In this document: positions 15,010 to 25,045 of the stretch, in pieces
Layout: each line of letters starts with the position of its first letter
Position numbering within the stretch: position 1 is the stretch's first letter
NCBI GenBank assembly: GCA_026003495.1
Contig: BPHK01000001.1
Span: forward strand, 940,579 to 1,004,578
DNA: 64,000 bases
Source: Candidatus Kapaibacterium sp.
GTDB taxonomy: Bacteria > Bacteroidota > Ignavibacteria > Kapaibacteriales > NICIL-2
Direction of reading: 5' to 3'
Notes under the pieces: model-generated
What the model was told of the DNA's origin: nothing
What the model saw: the letters and a program-made list of their open reading frames with translations, nothing else
Database searches by the model: none
Translations under genes and position numbers: made by a program

Positions 15010-15751
15010 AGGCATTGCAGGACTATTCATCCTTCTGCTTGTCGGCGGTGCATTGACCTCGCCCCAAACAAGCGACATCATGTTTTTGCGCCGCTATGGA
15101 GAAATGCTCTTTCTCTGGGTGGCAGCTGCGGTCATTGCGCTTTTCCCGCATCGAGTGCTGGCGCAACTACTGGGTGCTGCATTGATCGGCTTTGCAAGTG
15201 AGATCATCGGGGTACGCTACGGCGTTCCCTATGGCGCCTATCACTACACACCGACGTTGGGCGCCAGTATAGCTGGAGTTCCACTGGCGATGGTAGCGGC
15301 GTGGATTGTGCTCCTTTCATACGCCTGGCAGCGTGCATCGGGACTGACACGCTCTCTTTGGACTGCACGGCTACTTGCGGCGTTGTTGATGGTAGCATTC
15401 GATTTGCTCATTGATCCCGTCGCGATCGGTCCGATGAAGTTGTGGGTTTGGCAAGAAAGCGGTCCATACTATGGAGTTCCGCTAGTCAACTTCCTCGGAT
15501 GGTTCGCGGTAAGCTACGTGTCACTTCTGTTTGTTCGCGCACCATTGCTGAGCGACTACCGTGTTGCTCATCTTGTCGGGGTGGCGGTGTTGACGTTCTT
15601 TGTTGTGCTCGCGCTTCGAAATGGATTGCTTGCAGCGGCGTCTGTTGGGGCAGTGCTCATCGGTATTGATGTGCTCTGCTGCAGGCGATGTTGGCAGCAG
15701 TATTTTGCGAGTGCACTCAAACGTGTAGAATTGCTTCTGCGATTGCGATGA
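14993..15751 (+). CDS. polytopic membrane protein, CruF-like carotenoid 1,2-hydratase candidate (carotenoid biosynthesis protein family)
   Basis: 252 aa with about 6 TM helices; start overlaps the desaturase stop by 17 nt; co-operonic with the crt genes. Confidence 0.45.
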   Translation: MKYIRRGIAGLFILLLVGGALTSPQTSDIMFLRRYGEMLFLWVAAAVIALFPHRVLAQLLGAALIGFASEIIGVRYGVPYGAYHYTPTLGASIAGVPLAMVAAWIVLLSYAWQRASGLTRSLWTARLLAALLMVAFDLLIDPVAIGPMKLWVWQESGPYYGVPLVNFLGWFAVSYVSLLFVRAPLLSDYRVAHLVGVAVLTFFVVLALRNGLLAAASVGAVLIGIDVLCCRRCWQQYFASALKRVELLLRLR

Positions 15752-17718
15752 TGTGTCTGGTGTGGGGGCTTCTCCTGCTCGGTTGGTGCAGCAACTGGGC
15801 GCAGGAAATTTCCTCGCCGACTCGCTTTATCGAGCAGCCCTTCGATGTTCTCGAGTATCGCGCATTCCTTGCGCTGGACTCGCTGCCAGCACCGGTGCTG
15901 GGCGAAAGTGCGTGTACGATGGTTGCTCGCTGGCGCGCCGTTCCCGACACGCTCCGCTTTCATCTCCGCGGGCTTGAAGTGCTCCGCTGCGAATACCTCC
16001 AAGACGACCGCGCTCTTCCGGTGTCGTGGCAGACGCGCGGCGCGCCAACGGATGCAACGTTCCACTATGCAGTCCCTGCACTTCCTTCACACCACCAAGG
16101 CGATACTGTTGCGCTGCGCATCACCTTCCGTGGCACAATGACGGGAGAACCGACCGTTGGCGGTGTATCCTGGGGCGGGGTCCAGCGCGAGGGTGCCATC
16201 GTTTATGCGCTGGGGGTGGGGTTCTACAACAATTACGTTTCTGCAACGCAGCACTGGCTGCCGTGCTACGACCATCCATCCGACAAAGCGCGATTTGACC
16301 TGACATTCCGCGTTCCGCGCTCGTACGTCGTAGCCAGTGGCGGACAGGAATTCCCCGTGCGTGATTCTGCGCAGTGGCGTCTTTTCCGGTTTCGTTCGGA
16401 CTATCCAGCGGCAACGTATCTGCTGACGTTCGCAGCGATACCGGAGAGCACCGTCGCTATCCTGCGCGATGACGCGTCGCTTCCGTATCCGATTGTGCTT
16501 TACGCTCGGCGTGCGGATTCGGCAGCGACTCGGCGAAGCTTTCGGTTGCTCCCACAGATGGTGACGGCGTTCGAGCGTCGTTTCGGAGCTTATCCGTTCG
16601 AAAAAGTTGGCTACGTGATGACGCAGAAAGGTGCCATGGAGCACCAGACGATGATTTCATACCCAACCTCGCTGGCTCGCAGTGGTGATACGGTCAATCT
16701 CGTGGCAGCGCATGAACTGGCGCACCAATGGTTCGGCGATTGTGTCACACCGTTTGACTTCCGCGATGCATGGTTCAACGAGAGCTTTGCAACGTTCGCT
16801 GAATCGCTCTGGCGCGAAGAGCTTGGTGGGACAAGCGCGTATCTCCACGAGCAGCAGCGAAAGATCACTGCCTACCTGAGCCAGTATGCAAAGCCGGGCA
16901 ATCCGCTCTTCGAAGGCATTCTGACGATGTACGATTTCGACCGCCGTCCTCCATCGTCGAACTATCCCCACGTCATCTACGAAAAGGGCGCTGCAGTGCT
17001 CGGTATGCTCCGTGCAGCGATCGGCGATAGCCTCTTTTTCCGGTGGTGTCGCACGCTGCTCGAGCGCTACCGCTATGGCAACGTTGCGCTCGACACAGTG
17101 GAACAGTTACTTGGTGAGTTGACGGGACAGCAGAACTTCGCCACGCAGTTTTTCAGCGAGTGGATACGTGGTAGGGGATGGCCAGTCCTCGCAATCGACG
17201 CGCTGAGCGAGCCATCGGCGTTTGGAAGGATTGCCACGCTCCACATTCGCCAAACGCAGCCCGATTCGCTGGGTATCTACACGACATTGCCGCTCGAGCT
17301 GAGCTTCATTGGTGCCGATACCGTCCATCGCATCGTCACGATCACTGCACGCGAGCAGACGGTAGTTCTCGATTCACTCAACACGTTTGGTGCCATCGCG
17401 GTCAACATCGGACCAAGAGTGCGGTCGCTTGTGCAGCTAGCTCAGACCCCGACTGTAACCGAGGTGCGTTCTGAGGGTGCACTGCCACCGCTGCGTGTCT
17501 TTCCAAACCCAGCAACGGAAACAGTGATGCTCTCCATTTCCAGCAACATTGCTGGTCCGGTGATGCTCTACGATGCGCGTGGCACTTGTATTCGGCATGT
17601 AGGAGGCGCAGGGATGCTTGCACTCTCGACGCAGGACCTTGCCGCAGGAACGTACTACGCTGTTGCGCGCGATCGAGCGCACCGGCTCCATGTTGCAGCA
17701 TTCGTCGTCCTGCGCTAG
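15748..17718 (+). CDS. secreted M1-family zinc aminopeptidase with C-terminal T9SS sorting domain
   Basis: ORF 15688..17718 trimmed to ATGATG at 15748 (overlaps the CruF-like stop); HELAHQWFGD zinc motif plus downstream NESFATFAE; KGAMEHQTM (GAMEN-type exopeptidase motif); the C-terminal about 80 aa are a T9SS-type beta-sandwich tail (VFPNPATETVMLSI...YYAVARD...). Confidence 0.75.
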   Translation: MMCLVWGLLLLGWCSNWAQEISSPTRFIEQPFDVLEYRAFLALDSLPAPVLGESACTMVARWRAVPDTLRFHLRGLEVLRCEYLQDDRALPVSWQTRGAPTDATFHYAVPALPSHHQGDTVALRITFRGTMTGEPTVGGVSWGGVQREGAIVYALGVGFYNNYVSATQHWLPCYDHPSDKARFDLTFRVPRSYVVASGGQEFPVRDSAQWRLFRFRSDYPAATYLLTFAAIPESTVAILRDDASLPYPIVLYARRADSAATRRSFRLLPQMVTAFERRFGAYPFEKVGYVMTQKGAMEHQTMISYPTSLARSGDTVNLVAAHELAHQWFGDCVTPFDFRDAWFNESFATFAESLWREELGGTSAYLHEQQRKITAYLSQYAKPGNPLFEGILTMYDFDRRPPSSNYPHVIYEKGAAVLGMLRAAIGDSLFFRWCRTLLERYRYGNVALDTVEQLLGELTGQQNFATQFFSEWIRGRGWPVLAIDALSEPSAFGRIATLHIRQTQPDSLGIYTTLPLELSFIGADTVHRIVTITAREQTVVLDSLNTFGAIAVNIGPRVRSLVQLAQTPTVTEVRSEGALPPLRVFPNPATETVMLSISSNIAGPVMLYDARGTCIRHVGGAGMLALSTQDLAAGTYYAVARDRAHRLHVAAFVVLR

Positions 17719-19392
17719 GTGATGCAGCGATTGCGTGTTGCGTTTCTCTGGCACTTCCATCAGCCGGACTACCGGCGCGGGAAGATGGCGCTCCTGCCGT
17801 GGGTTCGACTCCATGCGACGAAAGACTACGTAGAGTTGCCGGCGATCCATCGCGAATTTCCTTCGCTGCGGCTGACGTATAATCTGACGCCAATCCTTGT
17901 AGAACAGCTGGAGGCGCACGCTGCTGGGCAGTGTGCCGATGAGCATTTGGTGGTGGCATCACTGCCGGAACATCGTTGCATAGAGAACGCGGAGAGCATG
18001 CTCCGATGGGGATTTGTCGGTCATGCACCACGCATGATCGAGCCGTTTGTACGCTACCGCGAACTCTGGGAAGAAGCACAGTCGGGCAAATGGAAGACGT
18101 GGTCGGCGCGCGAGTGGCTTGATTTGCAAGTTTGGATGCGCCTTGCTTGGTTAGGAACAACGACGCGCGAGATACGGAGCATTGCAAAGCTTCTCGAAAA
18201 AGGCAGCAGCTTTACAGCCGATGACCGCGCTATCACGATTGCGGTTGAGCACGAGCTCCTAGCGAACGTTCTCATGCGATTGCGTGAGCTTGCAGTCGCA
18301 GGTCTTGCTGACATCAGCTGCTCGCCGTACTATCATCCCATCCTGCCACTGCTGTGCGATACCGACGTTGCTGCCGAGGTAGATTCGGACATTGAGCGGC
18401 TCGAGCCTCGGTTTGCTTGGCCAGAGGATGCACTCGAGCAACTCCGACGCGCGCGTACGTACATCGAGCAGCAGATGGGAATTTCCCCACGCGGGATTTG
18501 GCCGAGTGAAGGCAGCATCAGCGATGCTGCGCTGGCTGCAATTGCTGCAAGTGGTGCTGAGTGGACAGCAACCGACCAAGTTCTCCTTGAGCGGAGCATC
18601 GTGCCACCGTCTGCAAGCTGGCTCTACCAGCCTTTTGTGTGGGAATCACCAAGCGGGCAGCGGCTTGCAGTGTTCTTCCGGGACCACACGCTCAGTGATG
18701 CAATCGGTTTTGTCTATAGCTCGTGGGATGCGCACTCTGCAGTGCGGGATTTTCTCGAGCGTCTTGATGCCATTCGCACCCGGATTCTCGACGAGCAAGG
18801 TGCAGCGTTTCTCGATCGCGCAGTCGTGACGGTTATTCTCGATGGCGAAAACTGCTGGGAATACTACGAGGGCAATGGTGCACCCTTTCTCCGTGCACTC
18901 TACGGGGCACTCACCAGCGATGAACGCTTCGAAACAGTCCTGCTTGGCGAGTGTGCCCGTCGTGCCTTAGACTCAGCCGATACGCCTGTGCTCCGACATA
19001 TCGCCCCTGGCTCGTGGATTGGCGGGAGCTTCCGCATCTGGATCGGCGATGGAGAAGATCGTTCCGCATGGTCACTTCTACGCCAGGTTCGGCATGCATT
19101 CGAAGAGCAGAAGCATAGCTTGACAGATTTCCAGCGGGATGATGCATACCGTCACATCCTCGCTGCGGAAGGAAGCGATTGGTTCTGGTGGTTTGGGCCT
19201 GAGCACCGCGCAGCATTCCGCAGCGTGTTCGATGAGCTTTTCCGCGAGCATCTTCGCATGGCGTGGGCTGCAATGGGCATGGATGCTCCTCCGGAACTAA
19301 CCCAGCCAATCATGACCAGTGAGAGCTCAGTTAGCCCGTGGGGCGCGATGCACCCTGCTACTGCTCCCACTGAATTTCGGCGCGGCGGTTGA
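17719..19392 (+). CDS. glycoside hydrolase family 57 protein (alpha-glucan acting)
   Basis: 557 aa; N-terminal FLWHFHQPDYR signature of GH57; the GTG/ATG start abuts the peptidase stop. Confidence 0.8.
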   Translation: MMQRLRVAFLWHFHQPDYRRGKMALLPWVRLHATKDYVELPAIHREFPSLRLTYNLTPILVEQLEAHAAGQCADEHLVVASLPEHRCIENAESMLRWGFVGHAPRMIEPFVRYRELWEEAQSGKWKTWSAREWLDLQVWMRLAWLGTTTREIRSIAKLLEKGSSFTADDRAITIAVEHELLANVLMRLRELAVAGLADISCSPYYHPILPLLCDTDVAAEVDSDIERLEPRFAWPEDALEQLRRARTYIEQQMGISPRGIWPSEGSISDAALAAIAASGAEWTATDQVLLERSIVPPSASWLYQPFVWESPSGQRLAVFFRDHTLSDAIGFVYSSWDAHSAVRDFLERLDAIRTRILDEQGAAFLDRAVVTVILDGENCWEYYEGNGAPFLRALYGALTSDERFETVLLGECARRALDSADTPVLRHIAPGSWIGGSFRIWIGDGEDRSAWSLLRQVRHAFEEQKHSLTDFQRDDAYRHILAAEGSDWFWWFGPEHRAAFRSVFDELFREHLRMAWAAMGMDAPPELTQPIMTSESSVSPWGAMHPATAPTEFRRGG

Positions 19393-20584
19393 GCGCTCGA
19401 CCTTCCTCGCTCTCGTTCGGAGCCATGGGACGAGTTCTCCCATAGCCTTCCGTTGTCATGCGGCTTGTATCAACGCCACGGCGGCGGAGGTAGTCGCGCA
19501 CCGACTGCGCGCGTGCAAGAGAAAGCTGCTGATTGTACGCATCACTCCCGATGGAGTCGGTATGGCCTGCGATTGTGATGCGCCGCGCACGCTGCAAGAT
19601 CTGCACAATGCTATCGGGTACTGCAAGCGGTGGGAGAGCGCTGCTATTGAACGCAAAGTGGACGGTCCACGAAGACAGTGGCAGCGGCTGGTACTTTTTT
19701 TCGAGGGTGGCAAGGTAAATCCCCATCCGTGCTGCACCATCATCGCTCGAAATGTACACAGCGGTATCGCCAGTAGGAAAAAGCCACCAGCAGAGGTCCA
19801 TCTCCGGCGTGTTGATTGGTTCGGGCAGGACAATTGGCTGTGACCACTGCTCCCAGGAGTCGTCGAGCCGTCGGGTCATGACGATGTCGTACTTGCCGTT
19901 GGAGCCATAGCCAGTCGTTGCGTAGTAGAGCGTTCGTCCGTCGCGAGCAAGGAAGGGAGAACTCTCCATGCCCGGTGTATTGACCGTCGAGCCGAGATTG
20001 CGCGGGGTTGTCCAAGTGAGGGATTCCCCAATACGGTGCGAAACGTAGAGGTCCAGCCCACCGAAGGAATCAGGCCCTTGGAGCGAGAGGATCAGCGTCC
20101 GCATATCCGGGGTCATGAAGGCGTAGTAGTAGCTGGAGCGGTTCGTGTAGCCTTCGATGGTGATGGGTTCGAATGTCCAGGTCTGGCCGACTTGCCGTGC
20201 CAGCACGAAATGCTCGGTTTCGCCGTTTCCGCTGCCGCGCTGGACGAGCGCAGTCTTTCCATCAGCGGCGAAACCGAAGAGGACGTCGCTATACGGCGTG
20301 TTGAGCGCATCGAGCCGTTCCGGCGTCCCCCACGTAGAATCGCTCGTGCGGCGAGCAAACCAAATGTCGTCGGGATCACTCGAACCGCCGACATTGCCGG
20401 GGAAGTACTTCCGGGAAAAGTAGAGGATGCTCCCATCAGGAGAGAGCACTGGCGCAACGACGGGCTGGTGCGCATTGATCTGGCCGGGGATGCGCCACTT
20501 GCGCGTGATCGTCGGAAGGTCGCCATCGCGTGCAATTGCCAGCACGCATGCAGCAGCAAGCATGCAACTTAGTCGAGTCCACAT
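19358..20584 (-). CDS. OmpA-family outer-membrane protein with beta-propeller (TolB-like) repeats
   Basis: ORF trimmed to MWTRLSCMLAAACVLAIA (signal peptide); C-terminal OmpA/MotB peptidoglycan-binding domain (ITIAGHTDSIGSDAYNQQLSLARAQSVRDYL...NRRAEI). Confidence 0.7.
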   Translation of the reverse strand: MWTRLSCMLAAACVLAIARDGDLPTITRKWRIPGQINAHQPVVAPVLSPDGSILYFSRKYFPGNVGGSSDPDDIWFARRTSDSTWGTPERLDALNTPYSDVLFGFAADGKTALVQRGSGNGETEHFVLARQVGQTWTFEPITIEGYTNRSSYYYAFMTPDMRTLILSLQGPDSFGGLDLYVSHRIGESLTWTTPRNLGSTVNTPGMESSPFLARDGRTLYYATTGYGSNGKYDIVMTRRLDDSWEQWSQPIVLPEPINTPEMDLCWWLFPTGDTAVYISSDDGAARMGIYLATLEKKYQPLPLSSWTVHFAFNSSALPPLAVPDSIVQILQRARRITIAGHTDSIGSDAYNQQLSLARAQSVRDYLRRRGVDTSRMTTEGYGRTRPMAPNESEEGRALNRRAEIQWEQ

Positions 20585-21867
20585 CGCTTGTAGAGGTAAG
20601 AAATGTTCGACAACGATCGCTCGCCGCGAAAGATTGCGTCGAGGTCCTCTGGCTGGAGATATTGACGAATGAGCGGCTCTTCCCAGAGTGTCTGGCGGAG
20701 ATGTCGCCCTTCGTCCCATGACTTCATTGCTGCTCGTTGGACGGCAGCGTAGGCATCTTGGCGGGATACGCCACGACGGACCAATTCCAAGAGGACGGTT
20801 TGCGAATAGATCACCCCGTGCGAGCGTTCGATCGTTTCGCGCATTCGATCGGGGTAAACGACTAATTGCTCGACCAGTTCTGTCGCCAGTGCGAGCATGT
20901 AGTCGAGCGCGATGGTGGAATCCGGGCAGATAACGCGCTCGACGCAGCTGTGGGAGATATCGCGCTCGTGCCAGAGCGCGTTGTTCTCGAGGGCTGCCAG
21001 TGCGTTCGAGCGAAGAAGGCGTGCCAGCCCGCAGATACGTTCGCTGATGATGGGATTGCGCTTGTGTGGCATTGCCGAAGAGCCTTTCTGCCCAGCGCTG
21101 AAGTACTCTTCGGCTTCTCGGACTTCCGTCCGCTGGAGATGACGGATTTCGAGCGCGATTTTCTCAACAGAACTGGCGATAATTGCCAGCGTGCAGAGAA
21201 ATTCCGCGTGCCGATCGCGCTGGATGACTTGCGTTGTGATGGGATCTGGCGTGAGCCCGAGCTTGGCGCAGACGTACTCTTCAACGCGTGGATCGAGATG
21301 TTCGAACGTTCCAATTGCACCGCTGAGCTTGCCAACGGCAATCGTCTCGATGGCACGGCGGAGCCGTTCGATATTTCGGAGGCATTCCTGGCGGTAGAGC
21401 AGAAACTTCAGTCCAAAGACCATCGGTTCAGCGTGGACGCCGTGGGTACGTCCGACGCAGAGTGTCGAGCGGTGCTCGCGTGCTCGACGCTCCAGCGCAG
21501 CAGCGAGCTGCTCTAAGTCGCCGAGAAGTAGCTCGCCCGCTTGCTTGAGCTGGACGGCAAGGCAAGTGTCGAGCACATCGCTGCTGGTCATGCCTAAGTG
21601 CAACCAACGTGCGGCGGGGGAGCCGACGTTTTCGGTAACGTTGGTCAAAAACGCGATGACATCGTGCTTTGTTTGGCGCTCGAGTTCCGCAATTCGCTCG
21701 ACGGAAAAGCGTGCTTTTGCACGAAGCTCTTCATAGTCTTGGCGAGGGACAATGCCAAGCTCGACGTGTGCTTCGACCGCTAGAAGCTCGATCTCGAGCC
21801 AGATGCTGAATTTGTTTTCATCGCTCCAAATCGCACCCATCGCCGGGCGCGTGTACCGTTCGATCAT
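20569..21867 (-). CDS. purB: adenylosuccinate lyase
   Basis: 432 aa starting MIERYTRPAMGAIWSDENKF; fumarate-lyase family signature region GSSAMPHKRNP. Confidence 0.9.
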   Translation of the reverse strand: MIERYTRPAMGAIWSDENKFSIWLEIELLAVEAHVELGIVPRQDYEELRAKARFSVERIAELERQTKHDVIAFLTNVTENVGSPAARWLHLGMTSSDVLDTCLAVQLKQAGELLLGDLEQLAAALERRAREHRSTLCVGRTHGVHAEPMVFGLKFLLYRQECLRNIERLRRAIETIAVGKLSGAIGTFEHLDPRVEEYVCAKLGLTPDPITTQVIQRDRHAEFLCTLAIIASSVEKIALEIRHLQRTEVREAEEYFSAGQKGSSAMPHKRNPIISERICGLARLLRSNALAALENNALWHERDISHSCVERVICPDSTIALDYMLALATELVEQLVVYPDRMRETIERSHGVIYSQTVLLELVRRGVSRQDAYAAVQRAAMKSWDEGRHLRQTLWEEPLIRQYLQPEDLDAIFRGERSLSNISYLYKRCGLD

Positions 21868-21889
21868 TGGATGTTTGGCAGGAAGATGG

Positions 21890-22630
21890 TCACTGGGCTT
21901 GGTCGTCGGTTTTCAAGCTGCGAAGATAGACTTTCTCCAGCTGCCGCTCTGAGTGGCGTGGAGCAAATTCCTCGACGTAGAGCGGGGTTACCGTGGCAGG
22001 ATCGTGCCGGACTCCGGCAGCGTACAGCTCTGCAGCACGGCGTGCGACAAATCGTGCTGCCAGACGCTCCAGTCCTGGGATGTGGATGCCCTGGCGAAAT
22101 GCGGCTGCTCCTGACCCGCAAAGGATCGTTGTTTGGGAAATGCGGCGCTCGATGGCTGTTGCCGGTGCTACTTCGACAGCGGTGAGCGATTGGCCATTGG
22201 CAGAGTAATGCTTGACAAAGAAAAGTTCATCGTGCGCAGCTGCGATCGCTGCGATGTCGCAATCGTGAATTTGTCGTGCAATCGGGACCGCTGCTGCTGC
22301 ACACGCCTCGAGTGTCGGTACCGCGAGCAATGGCACCCTACGGGCGAAACAGAGACCTTTTGCAAAAGCAACGCCAATGCGCAGACCGGTAAATGAGCCA
22401 GGTCCAGTAGAGACAGCAACAGCGTCGAGTGGAGGGCTGCCGACGTCACTGAGCAATCGCTCGGCCAGGACTGCGAGCATTCGGTCGTGGATGCCAGGCT
22501 CGTCGAGCGTGTACTCACCGAGGAGATGTGTGCCACTTACCAGCGCAACTGCACAGACAGATCCGCTCGTCTCGAGTGCAAGGATGCGCGGTGGATGTTC
22601 AGATGCAGCGGTCGAGGGCACGGCGAACAT
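21890..22630 (-). CDS. tsaB: tRNA threonylcarbamoyladenosine biosynthesis protein TsaB (YeaZ)
   Basis: ILALETSGSVCAVALV...AVSTGPGSFTGLRIGVAFAKGL; the track start at 22663 is a TTG, so the ATG at 22630 is preferred; still overlaps the upstream PLP enzyme by about 32 nt. Confidence 0.75.
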   Translation of the reverse strand: MFAVPSTAASEHPPRILALETSGSVCAVALVSGTHLLGEYTLDEPGIHDRMLAVLAERLLSDVGSPPLDAVAVSTGPGSFTGLRIGVAFAKGLCFARRVPLLAVPTLEACAAAAVPIARQIHDCDIAAIAAAHDELFFVKHYSANGQSLTAVEVAPATAIERRISQTTILCGSGAAAFRQGIHIPGLERLAARFVARRAAELYAAGVRHDPATVTPLYVEEFAPRHSERQLEKVYLRSLKTDDQAQ

Positions 22631-23747
22631 CTTCGATGAGGTCGCTGGTATCTTCGATGCCAATGCTCAGTCGCACAAGACCCTCGGTGATGCCGCGGGC
22701 CTCGCGCACAGAGGGCGGGATGCTTGCATGCGTCATCGTTGCAGGGTGGCAGACGAGCGATTCGACGCCACCGAGCGACTCAGCGAGGGTGATGATTTCG
22801 AGCGCTGCCATGAACTGTTCAGCCTTCTGGCGGGAGCCAAGTTCGATAGAGACCATTCCGGAAAAGCCGCTCATCTGGCGTCGGGCAAGCTCGTGCTGCG
22901 GATGGGAAGGCAGTCCTGGGTAATAGACCTTCGCGACTGCTGGATGCTCCTGGCAGAGTTCGGCAATCGCAAGAGCATTCTTTTGGTGCTGTTCCATTCT
23001 CACTGCGAGCGTTTTGACCGATCGCAACAGGAGCCAGCAGTCGAAGGGACCAGGAACCGCACCGGCGGCATTCTGGAGGAAGTGCAGACGCTCTGCAAGC
23101 TCGGCGGAACGGACGACGACGACGCCATGGACCAAGTCGGAATGTCCGCCTAGGTACTTCGTTGCCGAATGGATGACGATGTCTGCGCCAAGCGACAGTG
23201 GACGCTGGAAGTAGGGCGAGGCGAACGTATTATCTACTGCCAGCAGTGCCCCGACGGAATGAGCAATCTCAGCCAGTGCTGCGATGTCGCTGATGGTCAT
23301 CAGTGGATTGGTCGGCGTTTCGGTAAACAGCAACCGAGTTGTTGGACGAAGAGACGCCCGGACAGCATCGAGTGAGCGCATATCCGCTGTGTCGAAGTGG
23401 ATGCCATGCCGCCGAAGCACAGTATCGAAGAGGCGGAAGGTTCCGCCGTACATATCCTCGGCCAGGAGGATATGATCGCCGCTGTTGAACAGCCGTGCAA
23501 CAGCATCAATGGCTGCCATGCCACTGGCAAAGGCGATGGCATCGGTGCCATCTTCCAGCGCAGCAATGTTCTGCTCCCAGGCAGCGCGGGTCGGGTTGTT
23601 CGTCCGCGCGTACTCGAAACCATGGTGCTGGCCGATGCCTTCTTGAGCAAACGTCGAAGTCTGGTAGAGCGGGACAGTGACGCTTCCGGTTGCAGTGTCC
23701 GGTTGCTGGCCGATGTGGATCGCCTTCGTCGCAAAGCCGAGAGCCAT
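22599..23747 (-). CDS. Cys/Met-metabolism PLP-dependent enzyme (cystathionine gamma-synthase / beta-lyase family)
   Basis: 382 aa; N-terminal KAIHIGQQPD...PLYQTSTF; PLP lysine region SATKYLGGHSD. Confidence 0.85.
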   Translation of the reverse strand: MALGFATKAIHIGQQPDTATGSVTVPLYQTSTFAQEGIGQHHGFEYARTNNPTRAAWEQNIAALEDGTDAIAFASGMAAIDAVARLFNSGDHILLAEDMYGGTFRLFDTVLRRHGIHFDTADMRSLDAVRASLRPTTRLLFTETPTNPLMTISDIAALAEIAHSVGALLAVDNTFASPYFQRPLSLGADIVIHSATKYLGGHSDLVHGVVVVRSAELAERLHFLQNAAGAVPGPFDCWLLLRSVKTLAVRMEQHQKNALAIAELCQEHPAVAKVYYPGLPSHPQHELARRQMSGFSGMVSIELGSRQKAEQFMAALEIITLAESLGGVESLVCHPATMTHASIPPSVREARGITEGLVRLSIGIEDTSDLIEDVRRALDRCI

Positions 23748-23801
23748 ACCAATTGCACGTGGTGGAGTCGTGCCACGAAGATAGGAAAGCGTCGCAGGTG
23801 G

Positions 23802-24671
23802 TCAGTGGAGCGGTCGGCGCTTTTTGATCCATCCCCCGCGCAGGTCTTTGGCAGTGGTCATCACGATGAATGCGCCCGGATCAATGCTGCGGACAGTATC
23901 GAGAAATCGGCTTACCTCGAGCCGAGTGATGACGCTGTAGAGCACCTCTGTTTTCTGCAGCTGCCCATGCTCGAGCGAAAAGCCGCGTTTGCCTTCCAGA
24001 ACGGTGCAGCCGCTGCCGAGCTGTTCGATGATCGCGCGGCGGATTGCATCGCTTCTGTCGGAGACAATGGTGACGGCGATGTACTCCTCGATGCCGTCAA
24101 CGACGAAATCCACTGCCTTCGATGCTACAGCATAGGTGATGATTGCGTAGAGGGCAACTTCAATCGAGAGAACGAACGCAGCAATCGAGAAGAGCACGAC
24201 GTTGAAAATCAAAATGACATCGCCGATGCTCAAGATGGTCTTTCTGCTCACCGCGATTGCGAAAATTTCAGTGCCGTCGAGGACGGCACCCCCTCGAATC
24301 GCTAAGCCGATGCCCAGCCCGAGAAAGATTCCGCCGAAGATTGCATCGAGAAACTTATCTCCGGTGATTCCATCGAGTGGAGTTACTGCCACTGCAACCG
24401 CAAGGAGTACAATCGCAGCGGCAGCGCGGAACGCGAACTGCTTACTGATGCTGCGGTATGCAAGTGCGATGAAGGGAGCGTTCAGCACAACGAGCCACAC
24501 TGAGAGGCCAATACTGGTTTGTGTGGCAAGCAGCAGAGATACTCCAGTAATACCACCATCAATGAACCCAACAGGCAGCAAAAACCCCCGCAACCCAACA
24601 GTTGCAGACGCAATGCCGGCAAGGAGCAACATCATCTCGTAGGCTACTGTCGCCCAGCGACGCGATGACAT
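23802..24671 (-). CDS. YitT-family (DUF161/DUF2179) membrane protein
   Basis: 289 aa; multi-TM N-terminal half plus C-terminal DUF2179-like soluble domain. Confidence 0.7.
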   Translation of the reverse strand: MSSRRWATVAYEMMLLLAGIASATVGLRGFLLPVGFIDGGITGVSLLLATQTSIGLSVWLVVLNAPFIALAYRSISKQFAFRAAAAIVLLAVAVAVTPLDGITGDKFLDAIFGGIFLGLGIGLAIRGGAVLDGTEIFAIAVSRKTILSIGDVILIFNVVLFSIAAFVLSIEVALYAIITYAVASKAVDFVVDGIEEYIAVTIVSDRSDAIRRAIIEQLGSGCTVLEGKRGFSLEHGQLQKTEVLYSVITRLEVSRFLDTVRSIDPGAFIVMTTAKDLRGGWIKKRRPLH

Positions 24672-24727
24672 TCGGGCTTCAGTGGAGGAAATCTACTTCC
24701 TGCAAAGATGTGCTGCTGCACTACGAA

Positions 24728-24919
24728 TTACTTGTTCGAACGCCAAGCTGCATAAATCGCCAGCGCGGCAGCCATCAACATCACCGTTGCAACAAGCTGC
24801 ACAGCAATACGCACAGGATGGTGCATCGGCAGCAATGCAACACTGAGCTGACCTGTGAGTGAAAGCCCAACGAGCACCAGTGCAACACCGAGCGAATGAC
24901 GAAGCTTCCTCATCGGCAA
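24728..24919 (-). CDS. small two-helix membrane protein (hypothetical)
   Basis: 63 aa, two hydrophobic helices (GVALVLVGLSLTGQLSVALL; IAVQLVATVMLMAAALAIYAAW); sits alone in the yitT/gyrA divergent intergenic region. Confidence 0.3.
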   Translation of the reverse strand: MPMRKLRHSLGVALVLVGLSLTGQLSVALLPMHHPVRIAVQLVATVMLMAAALAIYAAWRSNK

Positions 24920-25045
24920 AACGAGACTGATTCAATCGTCGCTGTACGAATACGTGCGTTCTGCCTGGCAAGTTACGGGGCCAGCTGGAAGAATTCGGTA
25001 TTTTTGCACTGCCACCGTTGCTTGTGAGTACCTCCAGAAGCTTCT

